From contig CAYLQM010000001.1 of NCBI GenBank assembly GCA_964386095.1, positions 4,372 to 68,371 of the forward strand: DNA of 64,000 nucleotides, read 5' to 3'. Source of the DNA: an uncultured Methanosarcinales archaeon. GTDB taxonomy: Archaea > Nanobdellota > Nanobdellia > Woesearchaeales > JASKKU01. The notes beneath the pieces were generated by a model. That model worked only from the letters and a program-made list of their open reading frames with translations. It had not been told where the DNA came from and did not search any database. Position 1 is the stretch's first letter, and every line of letters starts with the position of its first letter. Position numbers and translations under genes: made by a program. This document shows positions 27,480 to 36,412 of the stretch, piece by piece.

Positions 27480-27558
27480 CAAGGATATAATGGATAAGAG
27501 ATATTATGGGAAACACGAAGACAAGATTAATCCGTTTCCTTGGAAACTTTTGATAACT

Positions 27559-28077
27559 TTAAAAAAAGAGATTGAATATTCTCTCTGAAAGTTTCAGGGG
27601 TTTGCGTTTCTTGTTTTTTATAATTGGCGCTTTTATAAGTGTCAGGCTCTCATTTGTTTGTTTTGTAATCTGATTTTTCTCTTCAATAAGGTTTTTAATA
27701 GATTCACCATTACTATCTTCTTCTGATTCAAAATCCGATTTGCTTTTGACTGTAATCAAATCCCGTTTGCTGTCCCTATCCATTGAATCTAAGAAATACT
27801 GTAAACAGTCTCTTCCGCAGAAATATGCTCTTCTCCTAAAACTTAATTTTCCGAAGATTAATTCCAGGTATTCATCAGATAAAGCATTGCCGCATACAGA
27901 ACAAACTTTATGTTCTTTTCTGTTTATTTTGATAATCTGTTCTTTTATTTCATTTACAAGGAAATCATTATTTGTGGAAAGCAGCTTGTAAAGCTCGATT
28001 AAATCCTCTTCATAAAGCGAATCCAAAAATTTTTTTAATTTTTTCAGAGTCATTTTCGAAAAATATATAAATCCCAA
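27559..28077 (-). CDS. C4 zinc-finger protein (172 aa; start possibly the internal Met at 28053)
   Basis: CSVCGN...(20 aa)...YFCGRDC zinc-ribbon motif and an acidic C-terminal region. Lies between the two paralogs on the opposite strand. Confidence 0.45.
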   Translation of the reverse strand: MGFIYFSKMTLKKLKKFLDSLYEEDLIELYKLLSTNNDFLVNEIKEQIIKINRKEHKVCSVCGNALSDEYLELIFGKLSFRRRAYFCGRDCLQYFLDSMDRDSKRDLITVKSKSDFESEEDSNGESIKNLIEEKNQITKQTNESLTLIKAPIIKNKKRKPLKLSERIFNLFF

Positions 28078-28079
28078 AT

Positions 28080-28099
28080 AGTATAGTTTTAACTATACT
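28080..28099. promoter_or_regulatory. Inverted repeat AGTATAGTT-TT-AACTATACT (9-bp arms) in the divergent intergenic region between the Zn-finger gene and paralog 2
   Basis: Read directly. Same arm/2-bp-spacer architecture as the 26998 palindrome but a different sequence. A TATA-like AAATATATAAA lies just beside it. Confidence 0.45.
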
Positions 28100-28257
28100 G
28101 ATTGAGTTATGTGCTAATTAATATAAATATTTTTCCATTGATTGATGATTTTTATTAGTTTTTACTGTGAAGTGACATATCTTAGGAAAGCTTTATAAGA
28201 TGAGGGTGTTATACCCACTTATCAAAAGGTATTAAAAACTGTAAAGAGGGATACAAA

Positions 28258-28671
28258 ATGGTAATTTTGTTTGATATGTATAACCTGCCTGAGGATATCT
28301 TCGAAGTGATTTTTTCTACTAAACAACAGGCAATTGTTGCAAGGCAGTTGTTTAAAGAGTTTAAACACCATGGAGGAATTATGACTAAATCTGAGATGTC
28401 TCTTTTCGCTACGCAGCTCCACAATGGCGAATATGTTGCAAAAATAGATGAACCTCCATTCATTGGAAAGAAAGTAAAGTTATCATATAATAAGAGGCAG
28501 TTTTATGATAGAATATTAACGCCGATGAAAAGCATGGGGATGATTTATTACGACTTGTATAAAAAAACTTATTCGCTTTCGGACAATTTCAGCAAGCTTA
28601 TGCAGAAATTTGCAATCATGTGGAATCTGGAGTTAAAGAAACCATTGGGAAGTCCAATTAAGCGAGCATAA
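28258..28671 (+). CDS. Small winged-helix-like protein, paralog 2 (137 aa)
   Basis: Paralog of 27033..27479 (see that entry). Confidence 0.5.
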   Translation: MVILFDMYNLPEDIFEVIFSTKQQAIVARQLFKEFKHHGGIMTKSEMSLFATQLHNGEYVAKIDEPPFIGKKVKLSYNKRQFYDRILTPMKSMGMIYYDLYKKTYSLSDNFSKLMQKFAIMWNLELKKPLGSPIKRA

Positions 28672-28735
28672 TGTGTTTTTATAACGATTATATGACTGAT
28701 TATCAATAAATGAATGAATAAAAAAGTCAAATAAA

Positions 28736-29737
28736 ATGATTTCTGAAACTGAAGCCGTTTCCCTTCTTGAAAAATTTGCTAAAGACGGAGATTCTTTTAA
28801 TAAGATATTGTCCCATTCAAGAGAGGTTCAAAGAGTTGCTTTGTTAATAGCACAGGATTTCCTAGCCAACGGAGTTGAGGTTGATCTGGATTTAATCAAA
28901 ATCGGAAGCTTGCTTCATGACATTGGTCGGCTTACATGCTTCCATTTAAATCCTGAAAACTGCTCATTAATTCATGGTGTTGTCGGAGCTGAGATTATTC
29001 GAGAAGAACTTATGGACGAATCTTTAACTTTGATTTGTGAAAGGCACATTGGTTCAGGCATTCTTGAAGAAGAAGTTGAACTTTTAGAATTGCCTTTGCC
29101 AAAAAGGGATTACATGCCTGAATCCAATGAAGAAAAAATTATTACTTATGCGGATAATCTCGTTTTTGATGATGTCGTCAAAACTTTTGATGATGTTTTG
29201 ATCAGATTTCTTAATCAGCTCAGTTTTCTTGTTGTTGGACGATTCTTAAAATTGCACAATTTTATCATGCGGAATTCCGGAAAGAGTGATAGGGTCATAG
29301 ATGTTGCTAATTTTTCTTTACAATGGATGTCAGACTATCTTGATTTTCATAAACAATCTGAAGTTTTCACTAAACTTTTGAATAAAGTATATCTTTCAAA
29401 AAGCAATTTAAAAATCAAAATATTTTTAGATTCATTTATGCCTGAAGATTTTGTTTTGCTGGAAAAAGATACAAATTATGCTCTTTTTGTTTCAACATCC
29501 AAAGCAGATGTATTTAATTTATCCTTGGAAGGTCGTTTGCTTGAAGAAAAAGAATTTTCTGCTCTTCAGAAGAATTTCGTTACAATATCAGGGGAACGGA
29601 AATTGTTAGCTGAAATAATGTTTAAGTTTGATGATTTTGTTAAAAATCCAAAATCTTTTTTCAAATACTTTCGGAAACTTAAAGTGCCTGCATCATTTAA
29701 ATTTAAAGTTCTGCATTCCTTAATCGGCTTGATTTAA
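28736..29737 (+). CDS. HDIG/HD-domain protein with a ~170-aa C-terminal extension of unknown function
   Basis: HSREVQRVALL...IGSLLHDIGR...HGVVGAEII is an HD(IG) metal-dependent phosphohydrolase core. The C-terminal half has no match. Confidence 0.55.
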   Translation: MISETEAVSLLEKFAKDGDSFNKILSHSREVQRVALLIAQDFLANGVEVDLDLIKIGSLLHDIGRLTCFHLNPENCSLIHGVVGAEIIREELMDESLTLICERHIGSGILEEEVELLELPLPKRDYMPESNEEKIITYADNLVFDDVVKTFDDVLIRFLNQLSFLVVGRFLKLHNFIMRNSGKSDRVIDVANFSLQWMSDYLDFHKQSEVFTKLLNKVYLSKSNLKIKIFLDSFMPEDFVLLEKDTNYALFVSTSKADVFNLSLEGRLLEEKEFSALQKNFVTISGERKLLAEIMFKFDDFVKNPKSFFKYFRKLKVPASFKFKVLHSLIGLI

Positions 29738-29857
29738 TTAGGATTTAATTGACTTAATGAAAACTTAAACTGCGCAACTTATTTTTATCCAACATTGTTT
29801 AAATTCTTGACAAATTAAACAAAATTTATAAACTAAATCTTTGTAGTAGATGGAAAA

Positions 29858-31123
29858 ATGGGAGAAATTCTTAAAATAAAAGCACGGCAGGTTTTTGATT
29901 CTAGAGGCAATCCTACTGTTGAAACTGAAGTGATTACGAATAAGGGAATCTTTAGGGCAATGGTGCCGTCAGGTGCCTCCACTGGTTCACATGAAGCGTT
30001 GGAATTAAGAGATGGCGGGAAAGATTATTTGGGCAAGGGTGTTTTTAAAGCAGTTTCGAATGTTAACAAAATTATCGGACCAAAACTGGTGGGCTTAAGT
30101 CCGGAAAACCAGAGGGAAATTGATGAAATCATGTTGAAACTGGATGGCACCGAAAACAAGAGTAAGCTTGGTGCCAATGCAATTTTGTCTGTTTCTATGG
30201 CTGTTTGCAGGGCGGGCGCTGCTGAGAGAAATATTCCTTTATATCAATATATTGCAGAGCTCTCGAATCGGAGTTTACTGATGCCGATTCCTTTTTTTAA
30301 TGTAATCAATGGCGGTAAGCATGCTGGAAATGGGTTGGATATTCAGGAGTTTATGATAACTCCAGTAGGCGCCGAATCTTTTGCAGAAGCAATGAAGATG
30401 GGTACAGAGGTATATCATAACTTAAAACAAATTATCAAGAAAAAATACGGCAAGAATGCGATTAATGTTGGAGATGAGGGGGGGTTCGCTCCTCCTTTGG
30501 AGGATAATGAAGAACCACTCAAATTGTTGGTTGAGGCAATTGAAAGTTCAGGTTATGCAGGGAAAGTTAAGATAGCAATGGACGCCGCCGCCAGTGAATT
30601 TTTTGATGACAACCAATACGTATTTGGCGGGAAGAATTTATCGGCAGATGATTTGATTGAATTTTATAAATCAATTGTTAAGAACTATCCCATAATTTCC
30701 CTTGAAGACCCTTTAGCGGAGGATGATTGGGAAAAATTTGTTAAAATAACTGATGAATTGCACGGCAAAATTCAGATTGTAGGAGACGATCTGTTAGTAA
30801 CAAACCCAAAACGCATTGAAAAAGCAATTGAATTAAAGGCATGTAATGCTCTTTTGCTTAAGGTTAATCAAATAGGTAGTGTCAGCGAGGCAATCGAAGC
30901 GGCAAAACTCGCGGTAACAAATAATCTAAACGTGATGGTCAGTCATAGGAGCGGTGAGACCGAAGATAATTTTATTGCAGATTTAGTTGTGGGTTTAGGC
31001 GTTGGTCAAATTAAAAGCGGGGCACCTTGCCGGTCCGAGAGATTAGCTAAATACAATCAATTGTTAAGAATCGAAGAGAAGGGCATAGCATATAATACCC
31101 ATTTGAATACCCATTTGTTTTGA
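29858..31123 (+). CDS. eno: Enolase (phosphopyruvate hydratase)
   Basis: N-terminus [22 protein letters not shown]. Active-site regions SGETED and (I/L)[10 protein letters not shown](S/T)E. 421 aa. Confidence 0.95.
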   Translation: MGEILKIKARQVFDSRGNPTVETEVITNKGIFRAMVPSGASTGSHEALELRDGGKDYLGKGVFKAVSNVNKIIGPKLVGLSPENQREIDEIMLKLDGTENKSKLGANAILSVSMAVCRAGAAERNIPLYQYIAELSNRSLLMPIPFFNVINGGKHAGNGLDIQEFMITPVGAESFAEAMKMGTEVYHNLKQIIKKKYGKNAINVGDEGGFAPPLEDNEEPLKLLVEAIESSGYAGKVKIAMDAAASEFFDDNQYVFGGKNLSADDLIEFYKSIVKNYPIISLEDPLAEDDWEKFVKITDELHGKIQIVGDDLLVTNPKRIEKAIELKACNALLLKVNQIGSVSEAIEAAKLAVTNNLNVMVSHRSGETEDNFIADLVVGLGVGQIKSGAPCRSERLAKYNQLLRIEEKGIAYNTHLNTHLF

Positions 31124-31253
31124 AATAATTGATTTTAGATTTGAATCACGGATTTTTTGCTTTTTGAAGAAATTCGCATGCCTTTTTTATTGTTTGATTG
31201 AGAAGTGATGAAAAACCTTTAAAAATGTGTTTTGAATAATCTCGTTTAATCAA

Positions 31254-32531
31254 ATGAAAACCGATTTTTTCGAAGAAGGCAAGTCGCGTAGTCACTTTAC
31301 CAAATTTTCTGAGATTATTAAATTGAAGGATAAATTTATTATCAATGAATTTTTCATTAGGTTAATCCTTGTTTTTGTTTCTGCGCAGTTTATTAATCTT
31401 TTAGTTTATAATTACACAAGATCTTTCATGTATGTCTCTCTTGTAGCATTGTTTCAGGTATTACTTTCCTTCTTGTTCGCATCTTTTAATTACAACTATG
31501 AAATTAAAAAAAGCACTATTTTTCTTACTATGATTCTGTTATCGGTTTGCTTATTTGCTTTTGGTTATTTTTATGTTCTTCAGAAAGATTCTCTTTTGAT
31601 TTTTGCAGTTCTTATCCCGGCAGTTTTTAGTTTTGTGATGTCATCTTTGAACAGGTTCAAGAGTAATTTTTTGCCACACGAACAATTTTCTTTTGTTTTA
31701 AGGTCCATTAATCAAATCGGTCTTGTTCTTACTTCATTTTTGATGATTTTCTTTGGTTTTTTAATAGATATTCTTCCAACAAAACAGAGTTTAACTGCAA
31801 CATTTGACCTTGTCAGAATTCTTGCAGTCAATGATTTTTATCTTATTTATGTTCTTGGCGGAGCCGCTGCTTTGATTTATGCATTGTTTTTCTTTTTTAA
31901 TTCTAAAGACGCTTATAAGAAAACTGGAAAATTGGTTAATTTGAGTTCTTTTAGGAAGGATCCGTTGATTCTCATCTTTTCGCTCTTTAACTCAATAGTA
32001 AATGTCTCACTCATTTTTGTTGGGCCTTTTTTATACGAAAGTTTAAATTATTTGAAATATAGATTTACAGCAGTTACTCTGATTTTTTCTTTGGCAATGA
32101 TGTCTTCAGTTGTGTCCCCGAGAATTGTCTATAGTAATTTGCGAAGATATGGTGCGTTCTTTGTAGCACTCATTGGATTGCTTTTGTTCTTGTGTTTCCC
32201 TATTGCAATGCTATTCTTTGAGGATAATATTTTGTATATCGTGCTGGGAATATATTTAGGAACCTTGGGTGCATCAATGGCAACTTACTCTTTTGAATAC
32301 ACTCTTACTAAGAAATATTCTAAGGAAGATTTCGCGAAATCAAAGTTTTCGTTGCAAACTATGACAGCTTTTATTGAAACGCTTATATTGTTATTCTCGT
32401 CATTTAGTTTGATTGCTTTGCCTTTGGGTTTAATTTATAAACTTCTATTTGCTTTCACTATTTTTACCTCAGCGTTTTATGTGGTTTATAGCAAGTTCAT
32501 TTTTAGGAACCGCATGAAAAATATAGTTTAA
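31254..32531 (+). CDS. Hypothetical polytopic membrane protein (425 aa, ~10-12 TM)
   Basis: Hydrophobic throughout, with no recognisable transporter signature. Confidence 0.45.
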   Translation: MKTDFFEEGKSRSHFTKFSEIIKLKDKFIINEFFIRLILVFVSAQFINLLVYNYTRSFMYVSLVALFQVLLSFLFASFNYNYEIKKSTIFLTMILLSVCLFAFGYFYVLQKDSLLIFAVLIPAVFSFVMSSLNRFKSNFLPHEQFSFVLRSINQIGLVLTSFLMIFFGFLIDILPTKQSLTATFDLVRILAVNDFYLIYVLGGAAALIYALFFFFNSKDAYKKTGKLVNLSSFRKDPLILIFSLFNSIVNVSLIFVGPFLYESLNYLKYRFTAVTLIFSLAMMSSVVSPRIVYSNLRRYGAFFVALIGLLLFLCFPIAMLFFEDNILYIVLGIYLGTLGASMATYSFEYTLTKKYSKEDFAKSKFSLQTMTAFIETLILLFSSFSLIALPLGLIYKLLFAFTIFTSAFYVVYSKFIFRNRMKNIV

Positions 32532-32555
32532 ACACCTTTTAAATGAGTGGGATAA

Positions 32556-33053
32556 ATGATTATTAGAAACAATCAAAAGGGGATGTCACCTTTAATTGCG
32601 CTGATAGTATTAGTTTCGATAGCTGTATCTCTAGGAGTCCTGACGATAAATATAATAAATCTTCTTACTTCGGACGAATCCAGTTCTCCTGTATGCGGAT
32701 TAGTTGATTTTAATATAAAGAAATTCAAAGAGAATTATTTTCTTTGCATAACTGATTCAAACAAACTCTCATTCATTCTGGAAAATACCGGTAAACAGAA
32801 AATAGATGCTTTCAAGATTTCCGTAATTGGTTCTTCTAAGAGTTACTCTACAGAGCTTGAGGCAAATCTTGATGTCGGTGAGCTTTTAGATAAGAGGCAA
32901 TCACCGCTGCCTTTCGGGGTTATAGGAATTTTGTATGAAGTGAAGATTCTCCCAGAAGTGAAATCGGCTGAGAATGGCAAACATGTTCTTTGCACAGAAA
33001 AAGCAAAGAGCTTTGTGGACATTCCGAAGTGCACACAATTAGAAATATCTTAA
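32556..33053 (+). CDS. Archaeal type-IV-pilin-like protein with a class III signal peptide
   Basis: The N-terminal basic stretch ends in KG, followed by the hydrophobic stretch MSPLIALIVLVSIAVSLGVL. This is the PibD/FlaK-type prepilin cleavage context. Confidence 0.5.
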   Translation: MIIRNNQKGMSPLIALIVLVSIAVSLGVLTINIINLLTSDESSSPVCGLVDFNIKKFKENYFLCITDSNKLSFILENTGKQKIDAFKISVIGSSKSYSTELEANLDVGELLDKRQSPLPFGVIGILYEVKILPEVKSAENGKHVLCTEKAKSFVDIPKCTQLEIS

Positions 33054-33168
33054 AATAAACTGCGAAGCAATATAACAGTATTCGATTAAATAAGCTAATC
33101 TTTTCAAAATCTTTATAACTATGTGAGATCATCTTTATAAGGTATTATTTTAAGTTGATAATGTTAAA

Positions 33169-33960
33169 ATGATTGAAGCCAAACAGATTATTCAGTGGTT
33201 TAATGAGGATACATCTTTAAGCTGGCGGGATATTATTTACAAAATTGTTAAAGAGAAAAGTATTGACCCTTGGGATGTTGACGTTTCTTTGTTGGCAAAG
33301 GAGTATCTAAATACCTTAAAGGCTTTAAAGGAATTTAATTTTCAGATTTCTGGAGATGTTGTTCTAACTGCGGCAATACTTTTAAAATATAAATCTAAAA
33401 AGCTGATAGACGAGAAACTTAGGAATTTTGAGGATTTGCTGTCTTCAGCTGATGAAGAGGATGCTAATTTCTTTATGCCGGATTTCTTTGATGGGGCGGA
33501 TAATTTTGCAATTGATACATCCGATTTTGATTCTCTTGATGATTTGCCGACTAACCAAAAGGATTTCGTTCTGAGGCCCAGGGTTCCACAAGCTAGACAG
33601 AGAAGAGTTTATTTGAACGATTTGATTGATGCTTTAGAGAATGCTTTGAGTGTCAAGAAAAGACATTATTCTAAAATGCTTAACAAAGAGCCGAAGACGA
33701 CTTACGAGAAGAAATCCCTGTTTGATATAAGGGCTATCGTAAATCAAGTTTTTGAGAAGATATTGGATGCCTTTAAAAGATTCAAAACACGAAAGATAAG
33801 TTACGACATTCTGGCCACTGATTCAAAATCCGAAAAGATTCAAACTTTTGTGGCTTTAGTGCACTTAGATTTTCATCAAAAGGTAGAACTTCAGCAAAAT
33901 CAGAGTTTTGGCAATATTGACATTTACTTAAAAGATGCGGAAAACAATATCAGGATTTAA
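33169..33960 (+). CDS. scpA: Segregation and condensation protein A (ScpA, kleisin)
   Basis: SIDPWDVDVSLLAKEYLNTL...ISGDVVLTAAILLKYKSKKL parallels the ScpA N-terminal region (IDIYDIPVAKITEQYL...ASEYLVMAATLLSIKSRML). Acidic middle region and a basic C-terminal winged-helix region. Confidence 0.6.
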   Translation: MIEAKQIIQWFNEDTSLSWRDIIYKIVKEKSIDPWDVDVSLLAKEYLNTLKALKEFNFQISGDVVLTAAILLKYKSKKLIDEKLRNFEDLLSSADEEDANFFMPDFFDGADNFAIDTSDFDSLDDLPTNQKDFVLRPRVPQARQRRVYLNDLIDALENALSVKKRHYSKMLNKEPKTTYEKKSLFDIRAIVNQVFEKILDAFKRFKTRKISYDILATDSKSEKIQTFVALVHLDFHQKVELQQNQSFGNIDIYLKDAENNIRI

Positions 33961-33981
33961 GCGTTGGGATTTTATTAATAA

Positions 33982-34395
33982 TTAACAACAGTAAAACTCT
34001 TCTTGTTCTTTTTTGGTAACATCAAAAGGCACATCGTGTTTTTTCATATTTTCTATGAATTCCTTGTTTTCTTTAAGCTCAATTCCTTTTTTTACAAGAA
34101 TTGTCCTAATGGCTCTGAAAATAGTAGTGAGTTCAAGTTTGCTTGGACACAATTCCTCGCAGGCACCGCATAATGCGCATGCGTAAAATATTTTTGGTTC
34201 TATCTTTTTTGAATCAACGAGAATATTTTTCCCTCTGGGCGAGTAAGCTTCGTTTAGAAGAGTATTGAATACAGGGCAGATTTCTTTGCACAAACCGCAT
34301 CGCGAGCACAACTGCAACTTTTCCTGAAGTTCATTTAGCAGATTCTCAAGTTCTTCATCTTCAACTTCTGACAGGGATTTTGTTTCGGGTTCCAT
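33982..34395 (-). CDS. 2x[4Fe-4S] ferredoxin-domain subunit (GlcF N-half/HdrC-like)
   Basis: Two CxxCxxCxxxCP motifs (CSRCGLCKEICP, CALCGACEELCP). Confidence 0.65.
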   Translation of the reverse strand: MEPETKSLSEVEDEELENLLNELQEKLQLCSRCGLCKEICPVFNTLLNEAYSPRGKNILVDSKKIEPKIFYACALCGACEELCPSKLELTTIFRAIRTILVKKGIELKENKEFIENMKKHDVPFDVTKKEQEEFYCC

Positions 34396-34401
34396 TTTTT
34401 C

Positions 34402-35592
34402 TTAATTCTGACTGTTTAATTTTTCAGAGAGTGTGTTGAATAACTCTCTGTTGAATATGTTTTGAGGGTCGTATTTAAATTTTAAATTCGCAATATTTTC
34501 TAAGAAAATCTTATTGGCGAATTCAGCCTTCTTTAAACCGATTCCGTGTTCTCCCGACACTTTTCCGTTTAACTTTCCCACGAAAGAGTACATCTTTTTT
34601 ATGAGATCTTTTTGATTTTTCTTGAAACATGGATGAATTATGCCTGAACCAATATGACCAAAATAGGGTATATTATTTTTCTCAAGAAATCTTAAAAAAG
34701 GTTCAAGATTTTCTTCATCTATCTGCGGGTCTTCTATCAGGATAAAACCCTGCTCGGCAAGCGTGGGGTAAGCCTTTTCCCTTATTCTTAAAATTCTTTC
34801 GTATTCATCATCAGCGGTTTCATCTAATAATCCTGCAAGCAGTACAATTTTCTCACAGCCCAAGATTAATTGAGTGCTTTTTTTATCAATAACCTCGAGC
34901 ATAATGGTTTTGTCATTTTTCTTGTAGTGCTTCATATCTTTTAGCATGTCCTCTACATTTTCATATTCTTTTGATTCAATTTTTATGCGGGGTTTTTCAA
35001 TTAGCTTTAATTTTGCTTTAACAATTATGCCAAACGTCCCTTCAGAACCAATGATCTCCTTGGAAGCAATCCCGTTTCCATTCCCGTCTAAAAATAAAAC
35101 TTCATCAATCCAATTCTCTACTTTGCCGAATCTGAGACTCCAATTGCCTGCAGAATTGCAGTTAATCATACCACCGATGGTGCAAACTCTGTGAGATGAA
35201 GGAATTACAGGAAAAATAGTTCTCTTAAGCATTTCATTAAGGACATTGCATATAACACCAGGCTCAACAATTGCAAACTTTTCTTTTTCATTTATTTCTA
35301 TGATGTTGTTGAGTCTTGATAAGTCAGCAACAATTTCACTGCTTAAAGCATTTCCGACCAGATTTGTTCCGCTCCCTCTCGCAGTTATACTAACATTGTT
35401 GTTTTTACAAATTTTAATTATGTCTTTGAGTTGCTCTGCACTGGTAGGAAATACAACTATCTGAGGTTGAATAGAAATAGTGCTGGCATCCTGGCTGTAA
35501 GCATAAACCTCGATATCTTTGCTGAATTGTTTGAATTCTATTCTCTTTTTGTTGAATTCAATAGTTATTTTGGTTAATGTTTCTGAGTTCAT
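34402..35592 (-). CDS. FAD-binding oxidase subunit (GlcD/D-lactate dehydrogenase-like)
   Basis: FAD_binding_4-type N-terminus (PQIVVFPTSAEQLKDIIKICKNNNVSITARGSGTNLVGNA) and a C-terminal FAD-oxidase domain. Confidence 0.7.
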   Translation of the reverse strand: MNSETLTKITIEFNKKRIEFKQFSKDIEVYAYSQDASTISIQPQIVVFPTSAEQLKDIIKICKNNNVSITARGSGTNLVGNALSSEIVADLSRLNNIIEINEKEKFAIVEPGVICNVLNEMLKRTIFPVIPSSHRVCTIGGMINCNSAGNWSLRFGKVENWIDEVLFLDGNGNGIASKEIIGSEGTFGIIVKAKLKLIEKPRIKIESKEYENVEDMLKDMKHYKKNDKTIMLEVIDKKSTQLILGCEKIVLLAGLLDETADDEYERILRIREKAYPTLAEQGFILIEDPQIDEENLEPFLRFLEKNNIPYFGHIGSGIIHPCFKKNQKDLIKKMYSFVGKLNGKVSGEHGIGLKKAEFANKIFLENIANLKFKYDPQNIFNRELFNTLSEKLNSQN

Positions 35593-35598
35593 TTTTAA

Positions 35599-36351
35599 TT
35601 AAAGTCCTAATGCCCTAACTAATAATTGGGACAATTCTACGACAGGCAAGTTTTTTGAGTTTTCTTTTAGGTGAAGATAACAGAGAGGGCAACTTGTTAT
35701 CATTGCATCGACTTCCATTTCTTCAGCTTGCGACACTCTCTTTTGCGCAATTTTATTTGATAGGTCTTTATTAGTAGTTCTTACTCCTGCTCCCCCGCCA
35801 CAACAAAAAGAATTTTCTCTTGAGAAATTCATCTCTTTGAGTTCTTTTACGCATTTTAATATTATATTCCTTGGCTCATCATAAATGCTTGAATGTCTTC
35901 CGAGATGACATGGGTCATGATAAGTTACCTTTGCAAAGGGCATGTTTTTTACTTTCAATTTATATGACTGCTCGTTTAACAATTGTGTGAAATGTATTAC
36001 TTTGAAACCTTGCCTGTTCCAGTTTTCAAATTTTGAATATTCGTGATGGAATGTGTGATAACATGCAGGGCAATTAGTTAGGATGGTCTTAATACTTCTT
36101 GATGAAAAATATATGATGTTCTTTTCAATCTGATTTTTAAATACCTCTTCATACCCAGCATTGAATGCCGGGGACCCGCAACATTTGATTTCGTCTACAA
36201 CAATATAATCTAAATTAAGATAATCCAGAATCTTGATGTAATTTTGTTCGAGGTCCTTGCCAACATATCTGGTAAGACACCCGGGATAATATGCAAGATT
36301 CCCTGAGCTGGACCTTGAAAACAGGTTTTTGATGGAATCAATCAATTTCAT
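35599..36351 (-). CDS. CCG-domain subunit (GlcF C-half/HdrB/LutA-like)
   Basis: Two cysteine-rich CCG motifs (CCGSPAF and FCCGGGAG). Forms an operon with the FAD and Fe-S subunits. Confidence 0.65.
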   Translation of the reverse strand: MKLIDSIKNLFSRSSSGNLAYYPGCLTRYVGKDLEQNYIKILDYLNLDYIVVDEIKCCGSPAFNAGYEEVFKNQIEKNIIYFSSRSIKTILTNCPACYHTFHHEYSKFENWNRQGFKVIHFTQLLNEQSYKLKVKNMPFAKVTYHDPCHLGRHSSIYDEPRNIILKCVKELKEMNFSRENSFCCGGGAGVRTTNKDLSNKIAQKRVSQAEEMEVDAMITSCPLCYLHLKENSKNLPVVELSQLLVRALGL

Positions 36352-36412
36352 TTTTATTATCTTTTTATTGTGTAATGTTATATACTTTGTAAAAATATCT
36401 TGCTTTAAAAGT

